Part shown: positions 37,476-47,233 of the stretch, piece after piece
Position numbering within the stretch: the stretch's first letter is position 1
Layout of the letters: each line of letters begins with the position of its first letter
Source of the DNA: Thermoplasmata archaeon
GTDB taxonomy: Archaea; Thermoplasmatota; Thermoplasmata; GCA-020350865
Assembly: GCA_020348445.1 (NCBI GenBank)
Contig: CP070751.1
Coordinates: 3,436,248 to 3,500,247, forward strand
DNA length: 64,000 nt
Direction: 5' to 3'
Made by a program: the position numbers and the translations under genes
The notes under the pieces: generated by a model
Told to the model about the DNA's origin: nothing
The model's input: only the letters and a program-made list of their open reading frames with translations
The model's database searches: none

Positions 37476-38057
37476 ATGCTGAGGGACAAGAAAGAAAGAA
37501 TGAAAAAGTTGGACGATAAGATATGTGAAGGGGAGGTGGACAAGGAGATACTGCCGATTATCGAGAAGATAAACTCAAATCCCAATTACTTCACCACAAG
37601 CAGTTGTGCAGGAAGAATCGCAGTAATAGGGCTTTCAGAAATAGGCGATAAGGAAGGAGCTGAATTCCTGGGCAAATGGCATCGAGAAGTTGAAGTTCAG
37701 GAGGTAGTGAAGGCCTATTCAAAGGTCAAGGACTACAAAAACATCTTCCTTTTGGCTCAATCACCAATTATCCATGTGAGGTGTAGAACACTAGAAAGCG
37801 CTGTTGCACTGAGGAACCTCGCAGCAGAATCCGGATTGAAGTACTCAACCATAAAATCACTCACCCTTGATTCAAAAAATGATCCTCAGAAAATAGTGGT
37901 TGAAATTCTCAGTTCCGAAAATATTCATGTGCCAATTGCAAGGGATGCTAAGGTATACCCAGATGAGGATTACCTCTCTTTTTTGGTAGAAAACGCCAAT
38001 TTAGCACTTAAAAGGGCAAGGCAAAAATTAATGAAATTCAAACAAAACCTGCCCTAA
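37476..38057 (+). CDS. taw3: tRNA(Phe) wyosine-derivative methyltransferase Taw3/Tyw3
   Basis: VDKEILPII..IN....FTTSSCAGRI, KWH, PIIHV, SGLKYS. Confidence 0.93.
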   Translation: MLRDKKERMKKLDDKICEGEVDKEILPIIEKINSNPNYFTTSSCAGRIAVIGLSEIGDKEGAEFLGKWHREVEVQEVVKAYSKVKDYKNIFLLAQSPIIHVRCRTLESAVALRNLAAESGLKYSTIKSLTLDSKNDPQKIVVEILSSENIHVPIARDAKVYPDEDYLSFLVENANLALKRARQKLMKFKQNLP

Positions 38058-39280
38058 AGTTCGAATTCCTCCATTAATTTTGGTAAATAAAAATTGTACG
38101 AATCCTTGAGTTCCTCGTAAATGGCCTCCCTGTTGTCGCTGTGGCATAAAATGACATTCTCAGGCTCGCATCCATGAATGAAGTCCACAAGTTCCTTATG
38201 TCCAGAATGTGCAGAGAAGTCAAAGAAACATACCTCGCAGTTAACCTTCTGAGTCACGCCCTGTAGTCTTATTTTTCCCTCATCCATAAGTAACCTTCCA
38301 TTGGTTCCCTCAACTTGAAAGCCCGTAAGAAGTATGGCGTTTTTTGGATCGCCCTTGAGCTTCTGAATGTAGCTTAAAACCGGACCCCCATCCAGCATTC
38401 CGCTTGTTGTTATTATCACCTCGCCTTTTAAAGCGTATTTTCTTCCTTTGAACGAGCGCACCATCTTGATTTTGTTCTTCATCCTCCTCAGTTCCTTGGG
38501 TGATCTTATGAACTCGGGTTTATTCAGGTAAATATCTGTGATGGAGTTTCCCATGCCATCCACATATATCCTATGTTTCGAATGCTTGAGAATTAGCATG
38601 ATCTCCTGGGTCCTTCCAATGGCAAAGGCTGGAATTATGACCTTTCCTCCACGGGAAACGACCTCATCGATTTTCTTTAGGAATTCGTATTCCAGCTTCA
38701 CCCTGCTTGGATGATTTCTCCCGGCATAGGTCCCCTCGATTATCAGTGTATCACATTTGACAGGTTTGGTACCTAGAAGCAGATGGGTGTTTAGGGTGTT
38801 TATGTCCCCTGTAAAAAGTGTTGTTTTCCCTCCTCTTAGCTCGAACATCGTGGCACCAGGGATATGGCCAGCATAGTGAAATTTGACCTCATAGGGACCT
38901 ACTTCCCTCTCATCACCGAACTTCGCGGTATCAAAGCTTCGTTTCGCGGTTTTTATATCGTATTTGTCGTACATCTGGGGATATCCTTCTAGGTCACTTA
39001 TCTTGAGGTTATCATCGAATAGGACCTCGCTGACCCGCTGGGTCATGACTGTTGAGATAACTGGAGTTTCATATCGACCGCACACCCACGGCACCATACC
39101 TGAATGATCCAGATGGGAATGGCTCAAAAGAAGAAAATCCACAGGAGGGACCTCTACAGGATATTTTGGTGGATCTGTTGCTGAAAGGCCGTAATCGAAA
39201 AGGAGCCGGAATTTACCCTGGGAAACCAACATACCAAGTCTTCCGACTTCATCCGCACCACCAAGGAACTTTATACGCAT
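38054..39280 (-). CDS. MBL-fold beta-CASP ribonuclease (aCPSF2-like, no KH domains)
   Basis: FLGGADEVGR, SHSHLDH, GHIPGA, TGD, EGTY, FAIGRTQE, SGMLDGG, FSAH. Confidence 0.9.
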   Translation of the reverse strand: MRIKFLGGADEVGRLGMLVSQGKFRLLFDYGLSATDPPKYPVEVPPVDFLLLSHSHLDHSGMVPWVCGRYETPVISTVMTQRVSEVLFDDNLKISDLEGYPQMYDKYDIKTAKRSFDTAKFGDEREVGPYEVKFHYAGHIPGATMFELRGGKTTLFTGDINTLNTHLLLGTKPVKCDTLIIEGTYAGRNHPSRVKLEYEFLKKIDEVVSRGGKVIIPAFAIGRTQEIMLILKHSKHRIYVDGMGNSITDIYLNKPEFIRSPKELRRMKNKIKMVRSFKGRKYALKGEVIITTSGMLDGGPVLSYIQKLKGDPKNAILLTGFQVEGTNGRLLMDEGKIRLQGVTQKVNCEVCFFDFSAHSGHKELVDFIHGCEPENVILCHSDNREAIYEELKDSYNFYLPKLMEEFEL

Positions 39281-39440
39281 GCCACAGGTAATGAATTATG
39301 TTCTATTAATAGATTTGATGGGCTATTTATGTGAATCCTTGCCGTTTTGGATACTTTCTGGTCAAATAGGTGATAATTTCAGCGCTTAAAATAAATATAA
39401 GTATATTGTATTATATTAACCGACAGAACAAGGGATTTGG

Positions 39441-39989
39441 ATGCAAACAAATGTTGAAAAGAAGGTCTGCCTTCTCGGTGATTGGGGAGTGGGCAAGACC
39501 TCGCTAATTCGGCGTTACGTTTACAATGCCTTTGATGACCATTATCTGAGCACTCTCGGCGTAAAGGTCTCAAAAAAGGGTTTTTTAATCAAGGATTTTA
39601 AAAAAAGGCCCTTTCTCAAGGTGAACCTCACCATGCTCATTTGGGATTTGGTGGGCCAAAGGGGCTTTCAATATCTGCAGGCTTCTGCATTTAAGGGTAC
39701 AAATGGAGCGCTTGTTGTATGCGATATTACACGGCCGGAAACAATTTCCGCCATGGAGAAATGGGTGTCCTCCATATTCGCCGAGACAAAGCCCATCCCC
39801 CTGATATTCCTCGTCAATAAAGTTGATTTAACGGAAAATGGCGTGCCTTTGGAGTTGAAAGCCGATATAGAAAAGCTTGTGGATAAATATCACGGTCAAT
39901 TCTTCCCCACAAGTGCTAAAACAGGTATGAATGTGGAAGAGGCTTTTCAAACCATTGGGAAGATACTCACAAGGAAATTTTTTGAATAA
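39441..39989 (+). CDS. Rab/Ras-like small GTPase
   Basis: G1 GDWGVGKT, G2 STLG, G3 WDLVGQ, G4 NKVD, G5 TSAK; 182 aa, no extra domains. Confidence 0.92.
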   Translation: MQTNVEKKVCLLGDWGVGKTSLIRRYVYNAFDDHYLSTLGVKVSKKGFLIKDFKKRPFLKVNLTMLIWDLVGQRGFQYLQASAFKGTNGALVVCDITRPETISAMEKWVSSIFAETKPIPLIFLVNKVDLTENGVPLELKADIEKLVDKYHGQFFPTSAKTGMNVEEAFQTIGKILTRKFFE

Positions 39990-40032
39990 AAGCAATTTAT
40001 CGATTGTCCTCAAATAAGAGGACGAAATGAAC

Positions 40033-41784
40033 TCACATCCCCCAGAACTGGTTATTCTTCCTCTTGATTTCACAGACCTTGTCTAAAACTTCCTTTTCGT
40101 CCACATTCAACTCAGTCTCACAGAGGCATTTGTAGTCATCCCCAGGAATATCCACGTATAATATATCCTCGACACATAGTTGGCGGCCCACTGTGACACC
40201 ATCAACAGAAATCGCGATTTCATCCCCGGAAATTGCCTCCTTTAGGCTCTTTCCTTCGCTTTGGATGCTTTTGATCCTTCCCACCACCTTCCCATCAGGT
40301 CTGAGAATCCCCTGACCAGGCCTGATTCTCCCTGCCAGTACCCTCACACCGATTATTGCAGGCTTGCTCACTCTAAAAACACAGTCGGGAAGAACCTTGA
40401 ACATCCCGGGATGGGGCCTCTCACCCCGTGCCTCCTTATCCAGTTCAATCTTCCTCTTCTCAGTCCACTCCTCATAATCTTTCATGAGCTTGTATATGAT
40501 TGAGCTTTCGAAAACCACTGGACCAACACAGCGCTCGATCTCATCTTTTGCATCTGAAAGAAGCTTCACATTGAAGGCCAAAATCGCCTTTTTTAAAGGC
40601 TCGTTGGAGGTTGCAGCCTCGATTACATCCCGCTTGGACACATCACCAACCCCAGCCTTCTTAATTGGAATCCCCCTGTCTTTGAGCTCATATGCAAGGG
40701 CTTCCAAAGAACCGATGGCATCTGCCTTGACAACTAGGCCCTCATCTGCGGTTTCTATTTCGAGCTTCATCTCAGATTGTATCTCCTTTACTATTCCCTC
40801 TTCATCCTCCACTGCAACCTTAAGAGGCGCCCCTGCAATGACGGCTTCAAGATCTGGGGCCGATATCTTTACACCTGCCGCTGCTGATATGCTGTCGCAT
40901 AAATCGAACTGATCTTTTGGATCCCTTATTTCGTCCAGGGGTCTTGGCCTAAGGAGCGCTTTTACCTTGGTGACCACAGCTTTCTGGGTTGTGCCAATCA
41001 CGATTTTGTCTCCCCTGTTTAAAGTTCCATGGTGGATTATTACATCGACTGTGGTGCCAAGGCCCTTTTCTTCCTTGACCTCAAGGATCGTACCTTCAGC
41101 AGGGCCTTCCTCTTTCTCAAGCTGTTTTTCAAGATAACGCTGTGCCAATCCTACTAATATTAACAGAAGGTCTGGAATGCCCTCTCCATACTTTGCAGAC
41201 ATCGGGACCAATGCGATTGTCTTTTGAAAGTCCTCGATTTTATCGTATCTTTCTGAAGGGAAGCCCTCGGCATATAGCTTGCCCACCAGATTGTATAGAA
41301 TTTCATCGAGCTTTTCCTGAACCTGCTCTGATTGAGTTTCTAAAGACTCGTGAAAACAAATATCCTCCTGGGATCTCCATCCCGCCAATCTGTCGATCTT
41401 GTTCACGGCCACGACAAAGGGAGTTTTATATCGTCTCAGAATGTTTATGGATTCCAGGGTCTGAGGCTTTATTCCCTCCATTATATCGATTACCAATACA
41501 GCCAGATCGGCCAGGGCTCCTCCTCTGGATCTCAATGTGGTAAAGGAATAATGGCCTGGAGTATCGATGAAAAGCAAACCCGGGACAGTAAAATCCTTAC
41601 CTTTCATCAATTTACCACAGATATGTTTTATCGTGTCAATGGGCACTTCTGTCGCCCCGATGTGTTGTGTGATCTTGCCCGCTTCTCGTGAGGCCACAGC
41701 GCTACCCCTAATATTGTCAAGAAGGGTTGTCTTTCCGTGGTCCACGTGACCTAAGACCGATACTATGGGCTGACGGATTTTCAT
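40033..41784 (-). CDS. infB: Translation initiation factor aIF5B (IF-2)
   Basis: GHVDHGKTTLLD, ITQHIGAT, IDTPGH, NKID; no intein. Confidence 0.97.
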   Translation of the reverse strand: MKIRQPIVSVLGHVDHGKTTLLDNIRGSAVASREAGKITQHIGATEVPIDTIKHICGKLMKGKDFTVPGLLFIDTPGHYSFTTLRSRGGALADLAVLVIDIMEGIKPQTLESINILRRYKTPFVVAVNKIDRLAGWRSQEDICFHESLETQSEQVQEKLDEILYNLVGKLYAEGFPSERYDKIEDFQKTIALVPMSAKYGEGIPDLLLILVGLAQRYLEKQLEKEEGPAEGTILEVKEEKGLGTTVDVIIHHGTLNRGDKIVIGTTQKAVVTKVKALLRPRPLDEIRDPKDQFDLCDSISAAAGVKISAPDLEAVIAGAPLKVAVEDEEGIVKEIQSEMKLEIETADEGLVVKADAIGSLEALAYELKDRGIPIKKAGVGDVSKRDVIEAATSNEPLKKAILAFNVKLLSDAKDEIERCVGPVVFESSIIYKLMKDYEEWTEKRKIELDKEARGERPHPGMFKVLPDCVFRVSKPAIIGVRVLAGRIRPGQGILRPDGKVVGRIKSIQSEGKSLKEAISGDEIAISVDGVTVGRQLCVEDILYVDIPGDDYKCLCETELNVDEKEVLDKVCEIKRKNNQFWGM

Positions 41785-41906
41785 TGCCGTTCCTCTGTTT
41801 CTCTTGGAATATGGGATTGGATATATGTATTTTGTGGCAAATAAAAAAATTTATACCTCATAAGTCTTATATTAATTGATAGTGAAAGTCAGCAACCGGT
41901 GAGATT

Positions 41907-42344
41907 GTGGGAATGTTACCCAATTCTCCTAACGTTTATGAAGGAGAAAACTACATTGAAGAAAATCCCAGGGAATTCAAAACACTTGCATTAACAGCAA
42001 GAATAATATTAATTATATGGGGTGTCATTGTTATTATTATGGGAGTATACCTTCCAATAATGATATCTTCCAAATATTCAGGTTATACTGGGGCTGAGAT
42101 GGCAAGCCAAGTTACTGGAACCGTCTTTCCTATTGTTGGAACAATGGTTGTGGTTCTTGTCATTACCTCATTTTATAGAGCCCAAGACAGCCAATGGACA
42201 AATTCTGCGATCTTATCGGGGATATTTGCAAGTATTTTACTTTGTGACGGGATGCTCAATGTGGGGGTATTAGGTTTGGTATTATGTATAACTGCTCTTT
42301 TGCTTCTAATTCTTTCGAAAACACAGGGAGTGCATAAATTATAA
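41907..42344 (+). CDS. Four-TM hypothetical membrane protein
   Basis: Hydrophobic helices; GTG start. Confidence 0.65.
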   Translation: MGMLPNSPNVYEGENYIEENPREFKTLALTARIILIIWGVIVIIMGVYLPIMISSKYSGYTGAEMASQVTGTVFPIVGTMVVVLVITSFYRAQDSQWTNSAILSGIFASILLCDGMLNVGVLGLVLCITALLLLILSKTQGVHKL

Positions 42345-42395
42345 GGCCTGATTCGATTTACAAAGGTGTTAGACCTTATTTAATTTGATACAACA

Positions 42396-43304
42396 TTAAA
42401 ACCTATACCCAACATCGCTTACCAAAGCAGCCCAAGAGCCTTTTTTCTGTGCAGTAAGAGATGCAAAATACGTACCCATTCCAGCCGCTTTTTTGGCATC
42501 TTTTGAAATCAGATAATCTCCTAAAAAGCCTCCAATATAAGAATCCCCACAACCTGTGGTATCCACAACTGTAACTTCATTTGCATTCATGTAATGCATA
42601 TTTCTACCATCGTAAACCAAGGAACCTTTGCTGCCCAGTGTGATTACTGCCAAATCCACACCTTCTGAATGGAATATCGAAGCCATATCCTCTGGTTTAT
42701 CTAGACCCGTTAAGGTTCCGGCCTCTTTCTCATTGGCAAATACGAGGTCCAAGTACTGCCAATTGAGCTTGGCAAAAAAATCCTCCTTCTTGTAATCATC
42801 GATAAAATACTCGGATAGGTTGAGGGATAGGATATCACTGTGTCCTTTCAACCTCTGTACCAATTCCATTTGTTCTTGCGGCTTTATAGGGCAAATGTGT
42901 ATGCCTTCTGCTCTCGGCAGGATTTTAATGGCTAAATTCGAAGATACAGCATCGCTGCACTCAATAAGCTCTTTGTTTCCTTTTTCATCGTATATGATCT
43001 TGACCTTTAAGCTCTCATCCTTATCTGATATTTCCACCTTTGAGATATCGATGCCCAGATTCTCGAGTACAGAGAGCCATTCTGATGAAAAATCCTTCCC
43101 CACTTTGGAATAAATCGAAGTCACAACTCCCGTCTGAACCGAAGCAGTCGCCACAGCGGCTGCAGAACCTCCGGGTAGAGAACGAACCCCAAGGATCGGA
43201 TGTACAATCTCGTCTATTGCTAGATGACCTATTATTCCTAAAGAAGGCTTTGTTTCACTGGGTAACTCGGCTCTCATTAACGGATTAGGAGGTAATTGAT
43301 GCAT
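42396..43304 (-). CDS. PfkB family carbohydrate/nucleoside kinase
   Basis: PGGSAAAVA, ANEKEA, ITLGSKGS, VDTTGCGDSYIGGF. Confidence 0.92.
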   Translation of the reverse strand: MHQLPPNPLMRAELPSETKPSLGIIGHLAIDEIVHPILGVRSLPGGSAAAVATASVQTGVVTSIYSKVGKDFSSEWLSVLENLGIDISKVEISDKDESLKVKIIYDEKGNKELIECSDAVSSNLAIKILPRAEGIHICPIKPQEQMELVQRLKGHSDILSLNLSEYFIDDYKKEDFFAKLNWQYLDLVFANEKEAGTLTGLDKPEDMASIFHSEGVDLAVITLGSKGSLVYDGRNMHYMNANEVTVVDTTGCGDSYIGGFLGDYLISKDAKKAAGMGTYFASLTAQKKGSWAALVSDVGYRF

Positions 43305-43422
43305 ATTATCACTCTGGCAATGCTATTGTATCTATTAAGGATTATGCTTTTTACCTCGAAAGTTATTTTACTGGTCAAACCTTTGCAGTAAAGTTGTAAT
43401 ATATCACTTACAGGGTTTTTCA

Positions 43423-44220
43423 ATGAGGCTCGGAGTCAAGGCAAGATTCACAGACGCTGAATCAATGGCAAGATTGGGTACAGATTTGATTGAGGTTTTT
43501 GTCGGTGAGAGGGATCTTTCTCAATATGAAAAGGAGATGGTAAAGACCTTTTGTGGAATTTCTGCGAAATTAAAAATAGAATATGTGATACACAATCAAG
43601 AGTACTTTACTGATGATAAAAACTATCATCTTGTGGATTTGGCCTCGCAAGATGAGAACTTAAGGAAACAGGCCATTAAAATAGTCAAAAAGACCCTGGG
43701 TTTTGCAGAAAAAATCTATGCCTCATACGTCATTATTCATCCAGGTGGGATATCACCTGAAGTTGAGGATAAGCAAAAGCTCTTAAACACACTAGAAAAG
43801 TCACTTGTAGAGATCGGGGATAAAAGATTAATTTTGGAGAACATGCCTTGGTTCTATATCATGCGCAATGGCGAGATCTGGAGAAGCAACATCTGTGTAG
43901 AACCTGAGGATTTTTTTAATTTCTCGGATCTAGTCGGTGGTGTGACATTTGATATATGCCATGCTTACCTCTCCACAAAAGAAGGAGGAAACCATCATAT
44001 TCATAATATGAAACAAAACCTAAAAGATATGATACGTCATGTTCATATCGCCGATGCAAAACCTCCACATAACGAAGGAATACAGATAGGAGAGGGAAAT
44101 ATCGATTTCACCATGCTTGCTGATTTTAAAGTGGGAGTAGTACCAGAGATAATAGGCGGTCACGAAAATGACGGAGAGGGGTTTAAAATAGCTATTGCCA
44201 GGTTAAGTAACTATCAGTAA
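43423..44220 (+). CDS. Xylose-isomerase-like TIM-barrel protein (sugar phosphate isomerase/epimerase family)
   Basis: VIIHPG, LENMP, TFDICHA, HVHIADA, IGEGNIDF, PEI metal-binding pattern. Confidence 0.85.
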   Translation: MRLGVKARFTDAESMARLGTDLIEVFVGERDLSQYEKEMVKTFCGISAKLKIEYVIHNQEYFTDDKNYHLVDLASQDENLRKQAIKIVKKTLGFAEKIYASYVIIHPGGISPEVEDKQKLLNTLEKSLVEIGDKRLILENMPWFYIMRNGEIWRSNICVEPEDFFNFSDLVGGVTFDICHAYLSTKEGGNHHIHNMKQNLKDMIRHVHIADAKPPHNEGIQIGEGNIDFTMLADFKVGVVPEIIGGHENDGEGFKIAIARLSNYQ

Positions 44221-44222
44221 CT

Positions 44223-44331
44223 GGGTTGATTGCAGAATCACTTTGAACCCTGCCTTGCCTGCTGCCCTCGGCAACTTGATCAAATAGCATCCTTTGGAAT
44301 GGGTGCCTCGCCAAATTACAGTGTGGATGCT
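44223..44331. other. GC-rich multi-hairpin segment between convergent genes (candidate ncRNA or structured 3' UTR)
   Basis: GGGTT/AACCC with inner GATT/AATC; GCTGCC/GGCAAC; AGCATCC/GGATGCT with inner TTTGG/CCAAA. Confidence 0.35.
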
Positions 44332-44351
44332 GAGTTCTTCGTGTAATTTCT

Positions 44352-44675
44352 TTAACCGAAGAGTGCACCGAGACCTGCTGCAGCGTCCTCTTCTGATGCT
44401 TCTTCTTTTTCCTTCTTCTCTTCCTTCTTTTCGCCTTTCTTCTCCTCTTTTGCTGGGGGCTCTCCAGTTGCGGGTGCAGGAGCTGCGACAGCTGCAATCT
44501 GGGCGGGTGTGGCCATGGCCTCTTCTATGTTCACTCCCTCTAATGAGGCTGTTAAAGCCTTTACCCTGGCTTCGTCAGGTTTCACACCTGCTGCTTGCAG
44601 TACCTTTGATATTCCCTGCTCCGTTATTTCCTTTCCAGCAGCGTGGAGCAACATGGCGCTGTATATATATTCCAT
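44352..44675 (-). CDS. rpl12: 50S ribosomal protein P1/L12
   Basis: [14 protein letters not shown]-rich hinge, GLGALFG terminus; start at 44675 (ORF from 44711). Confidence 0.96.
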   Translation of the reverse strand: MEYIYSAMLLHAAGKEITEQGISKVLQAAGVKPDEARVKALTASLEGVNIEEAMATPAQIAAVAAPAPATGEPPAKEEKKGEKKEEKKEKEEASEEDAAAGLGALFG

Positions 44676-44710
44676 CTTTCTCTCCTCCGTTTTATTAATC
44701 CTTAATATCA

Positions 44711-45637
44711 TTATTCAGATTGGGGGCTTTCTTCCCCCTTCTCCTTTGGTTTTTCTTGTTTCTTATCCTTCTTTTCTTTTCCACCCATGACCTCTGGTAC
44801 ATGGGATGCCAGCGATAAAGCCTGCATTTGAGCCTTTGAAAGCAACATTCCCATGGAATCAAGTGTGGGTATCTCGGCGTTAAATGTCAAGTTGAGCGCG
44901 TTTTGATGCGCATTTCGCAACATGAGGTGAATGTTCTGGGAAGTTGGATAACAGATGAACATGGATAAATTGAAAGCAGAGGAAGAGGCAATTTTCATGT
45001 TTCTGATGTAGCTTTGAACATCCACATCAAGAACATCCCTTAAAAAGACGGTATCAGCTTCAAATCCCGCCATGAGATTCAGACCCACGGTCATTGGATA
45101 TATCTCCAGTCTCGTGAGCATTTTGGCCACGTCCCTTGGAATGCGCTCACCCTTTTTTACCAAGGTCTTGTCCTTCTTTATGACGACCTTCCCCCTTTCG
45201 ATAGCCGCAGGGAAACCAGCCTTCTGCAGCTCCCCTACAATTGGGCCGGGTTTAAAGGGTGTGTCCCCCTCCTTTATCTCGATGTCGTCGGGAGCAACCT
45301 CACCCCCTTTTGCAGGGGCCTTTATCATAGTGGCTTCCATGGCCCGAAACAACCTGAAGGCATTGATTTCGGATGCTAAAAGACCTCTTTGACCATCCAG
45401 AGAATCCATGAGTTTTTCGATGTTCTTCTTCTGCTCAGATGCCCTGTTCAATGCTATTCGAAGCAATGTGTTCTTCGTGACCACGAACTTGCTCCCAGAA
45501 GGAAGATTCTTCCTTATCTGCTGAAGCTGGGATGCAGGAATACCTTCGATGTCAACTATACCTATAACAGGATTTTCCAGGAGCATCTGGGTGAGTGCCT
45601 CGACCTTGCTCTTTTTGTATTTTGCCACATGTGTCAT
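44711..45637 (-). CDS. rpl10: 50S ribosomal protein L10/P0
   Basis: [31 protein letters not shown]. Confidence 0.96.
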   Translation of the reverse strand: MTHVAKYKKSKVEALTQMLLENPVIGIVDIEGIPASQLQQIRKNLPSGSKFVVTKNTLLRIALNRASEQKKNIEKLMDSLDGQRGLLASEINAFRLFRAMEATMIKAPAKGGEVAPDDIEIKEGDTPFKPGPIVGELQKAGFPAAIERGKVVIKKDKTLVKKGERIPRDVAKMLTRLEIYPMTVGLNLMAGFEADTVFLRDVLDVDVQSYIRNMKIASSSAFNLSMFICYPTSQNIHLMLRNAHQNALNLTFNAEIPTLDSMGMLLSKAQMQALSLASHVPEVMGGKEKKDKKQEKPKEKGEESPQSE

Positions 45638-45649
45638 ATTCTACACCCC

Positions 45650-46294
45650 CTACATCAGCCTAACAGATTTTCCCATAGTGGTTTTAATGTACACCGAGGC
45701 AATGTTCATTTTTCCCCTCTCCAGTTTTCCAATGAGCCTTTTTATGATCTCATCAACATTCTCAGCCAAATCCTCGATGCTCATTTCTTTAGTTCCCACA
45801 GGTGCATGAAATGTTCTTCTATCCTTAGAGCGAATTCTAACAGTTCTTCTGAGATTATTTATGAGCGGTGCTGGATCGGCAGAAGGTGGTATGGGCTTTG
45901 GCATCTTGCCCCTGGGACCCAAAACGACCCCGAGCTTCTTACCTATGACTGGCATAAGAGGTGCCTCAGCCACAAAGAAAACGTGGTCATTTGCCAGTTT
46001 CTTTGCCTGCTTTTTGTCATCAGCTAAATCATCCAGTTCTTCTGGTGTGATTACCAAATCCGCGACCTTTTTTGCCTTGATTGCCAGCTCGCCGCTACCA
46101 AAAACCGCTATCTTAATTGGCTTTCCCCTACCATTGGGCAGTAAAACCTCGTCATCGACTCTATTTTTAGGAATAGACAAATCGATATCTTTTAAGTTTA
46201 TAGCCAAATCCACACTTTCTGAAAATTTACGTGCCTTTGAGGTTTCAATGGCGTCTTTTACAGCCTTGAGGGTTTTTTTCTCAGCCAAATGCAT
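45650..46294 (-). CDS. rpl1: 50S ribosomal protein L1
   Basis: RKFSESVDLAINLK, LGPRGKMP, VYIKTTMG. Confidence 0.97.
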   Translation of the reverse strand: MHLAEKKTLKAVKDAIETSKARKFSESVDLAINLKDIDLSIPKNRVDDEVLLPNGRGKPIKIAVFGSGELAIKAKKVADLVITPEELDDLADDKKQAKKLANDHVFFVAEAPLMPVIGKKLGVVLGPRGKMPKPIPPSADPAPLINNLRRTVRIRSKDRRTFHAPVGTKEMSIEDLAENVDEIIKRLIGKLERGKMNIASVYIKTTMGKSVRLM

Positions 46295-46300
46295 TCCCCC

Positions 46301-46336
46301 TGTAGTTTTGCGAGAACAGCCGGGTTCTCTCCTACA
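46301..46336 (-). promoter_or_regulatory. L1-binding autoregulatory mRNA leader
   Basis: Minus strand UGUAG-GA-GAGAAC-CCGGCU-GUUCUC-GCAAAA-CUACA: two helices around a GA/GCAAAA asymmetric loop, the architecture of the known L1 site, 6 nt before the ATG. Confidence 0.8.
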
Positions 46337-46405
46337 TGCGAGTTCTTTCTTTTTGCGGGTTTACCCTAATAATTCCCCTTGTTTATAAGGCTTTGCATTA
46401 TCGAT

Positions 46406-46807
46406 CTAGTCCCATATTGTCCTTATGGTTTTATTTTTCCCTACCTCTTCATCATTGGTGATAACCTGGGCGTCTTTACTTTTTGCTATAGCACAGATCA
46501 TCCTGTCATGAAGCTCGGGTATGTCCAAAGCTAAAAATTCCTCCCAAGCCGTATAATCCATACCAACAATATCAATATATTTTGAACTGTCCATTGAAAT
46601 TAAAACTTCCATTATCAAGCTCTTTGGATTCGAGGTTTTCAATCTACCTTTTAAGGAAATATAGATAAATTCACCTATTACGATTTCCGGGATTAGCAAT
46701 CTGCATTTATTTTGTTCAGCCAATTTAAATATCTTATCAGCGTTCGCTGGTAAATCATTTTGCAGATAACTTACCAATCCAATTGTATCAACCAAATATT
46801 CTCTCAT
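46406..46807 (-). CDS. PIN-domain (VapC-type) toxin
   Basis: YLVDT, IVIGE, LHDRMICA, ITNDEE; ATGA overlap with the antitoxin stop. Confidence 0.9.
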   Translation of the reverse strand: MREYLVDTIGLVSYLQNDLPANADKIFKLAEQNKCRLLIPEIVIGEFIYISLKGRLKTSNPKSLIMEVLISMDSSKYIDIVGMDYTAWEEFLALDIPELHDRMICAIAKSKDAQVITNDEEVGKNKTIRTIWD

Positions 46808-47058
46808 AACACCCATTCCTTTCTCAGAGCTCTGATATCTTTATCAAATCCTTTGACATCGATCTTACCGGCTAACATCCCCCTAAGAGGTGTTTTTTTA
46901 TGTTTTAACAGAATTCCTTCCTCTGTTGGGAGCATTATAACTTCCTCTCCTTCGAGTATATGATAACCGTCGCGAAATTCCTTTGGAAGGGTTATTTGGC
47001 CTTTTGAGCTGACAGTAGCCGAGCGAATTTTGATATGATCACCAAATAAAATATACAA
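46804..47058 (-). CDS. AbrB/MazE/SpoVT-family antitoxin
   Basis: TVSSKGQITLPKEFR...LEGEEV; start codon uncertain. Confidence 0.88.
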   Translation of the reverse strand: MYILFGDHIKIRSATVSSKGQITLPKEFRDGYHILEGEEVIMLPTEEGILLKHKKTPLRGMLAGKIDVKGFDKDIRALRKEWVL

Positions 47059-47062
47059 CTGT

Positions 47063-47081
47063 TAGTAAATAAACTTTACTA
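47063..47081. promoter_or_regulatory. Inverted repeat overlapping the TATA-like box of the TA operon (probable antitoxin operator)
   Basis: TAGTAAA-TAAAC-TTTACTA directly upstream of the antitoxin gene. Confidence 0.5.
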
Positions 47082-47233
47082 TTGGTAAAGAAGATATAGA
47101 TAATATGCTTGTAATTTGGAGAATTGAATATATGGGTGGTTATACCCTAATTAATTACATATTCTGTAATATAAATAGATGTTGAAATGTACTAATTACA
47201 TGATGTTTTTAATCTGCTTAATTTGATTTATAT

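Noticed and set aside
44290-44310. 5S rRNA (minus strand contains ACCCATTCC like loop C)
   Set aside because: No GAAC after the motif, no helix I closing the ends and no loop E; similarity is only 9 nt.
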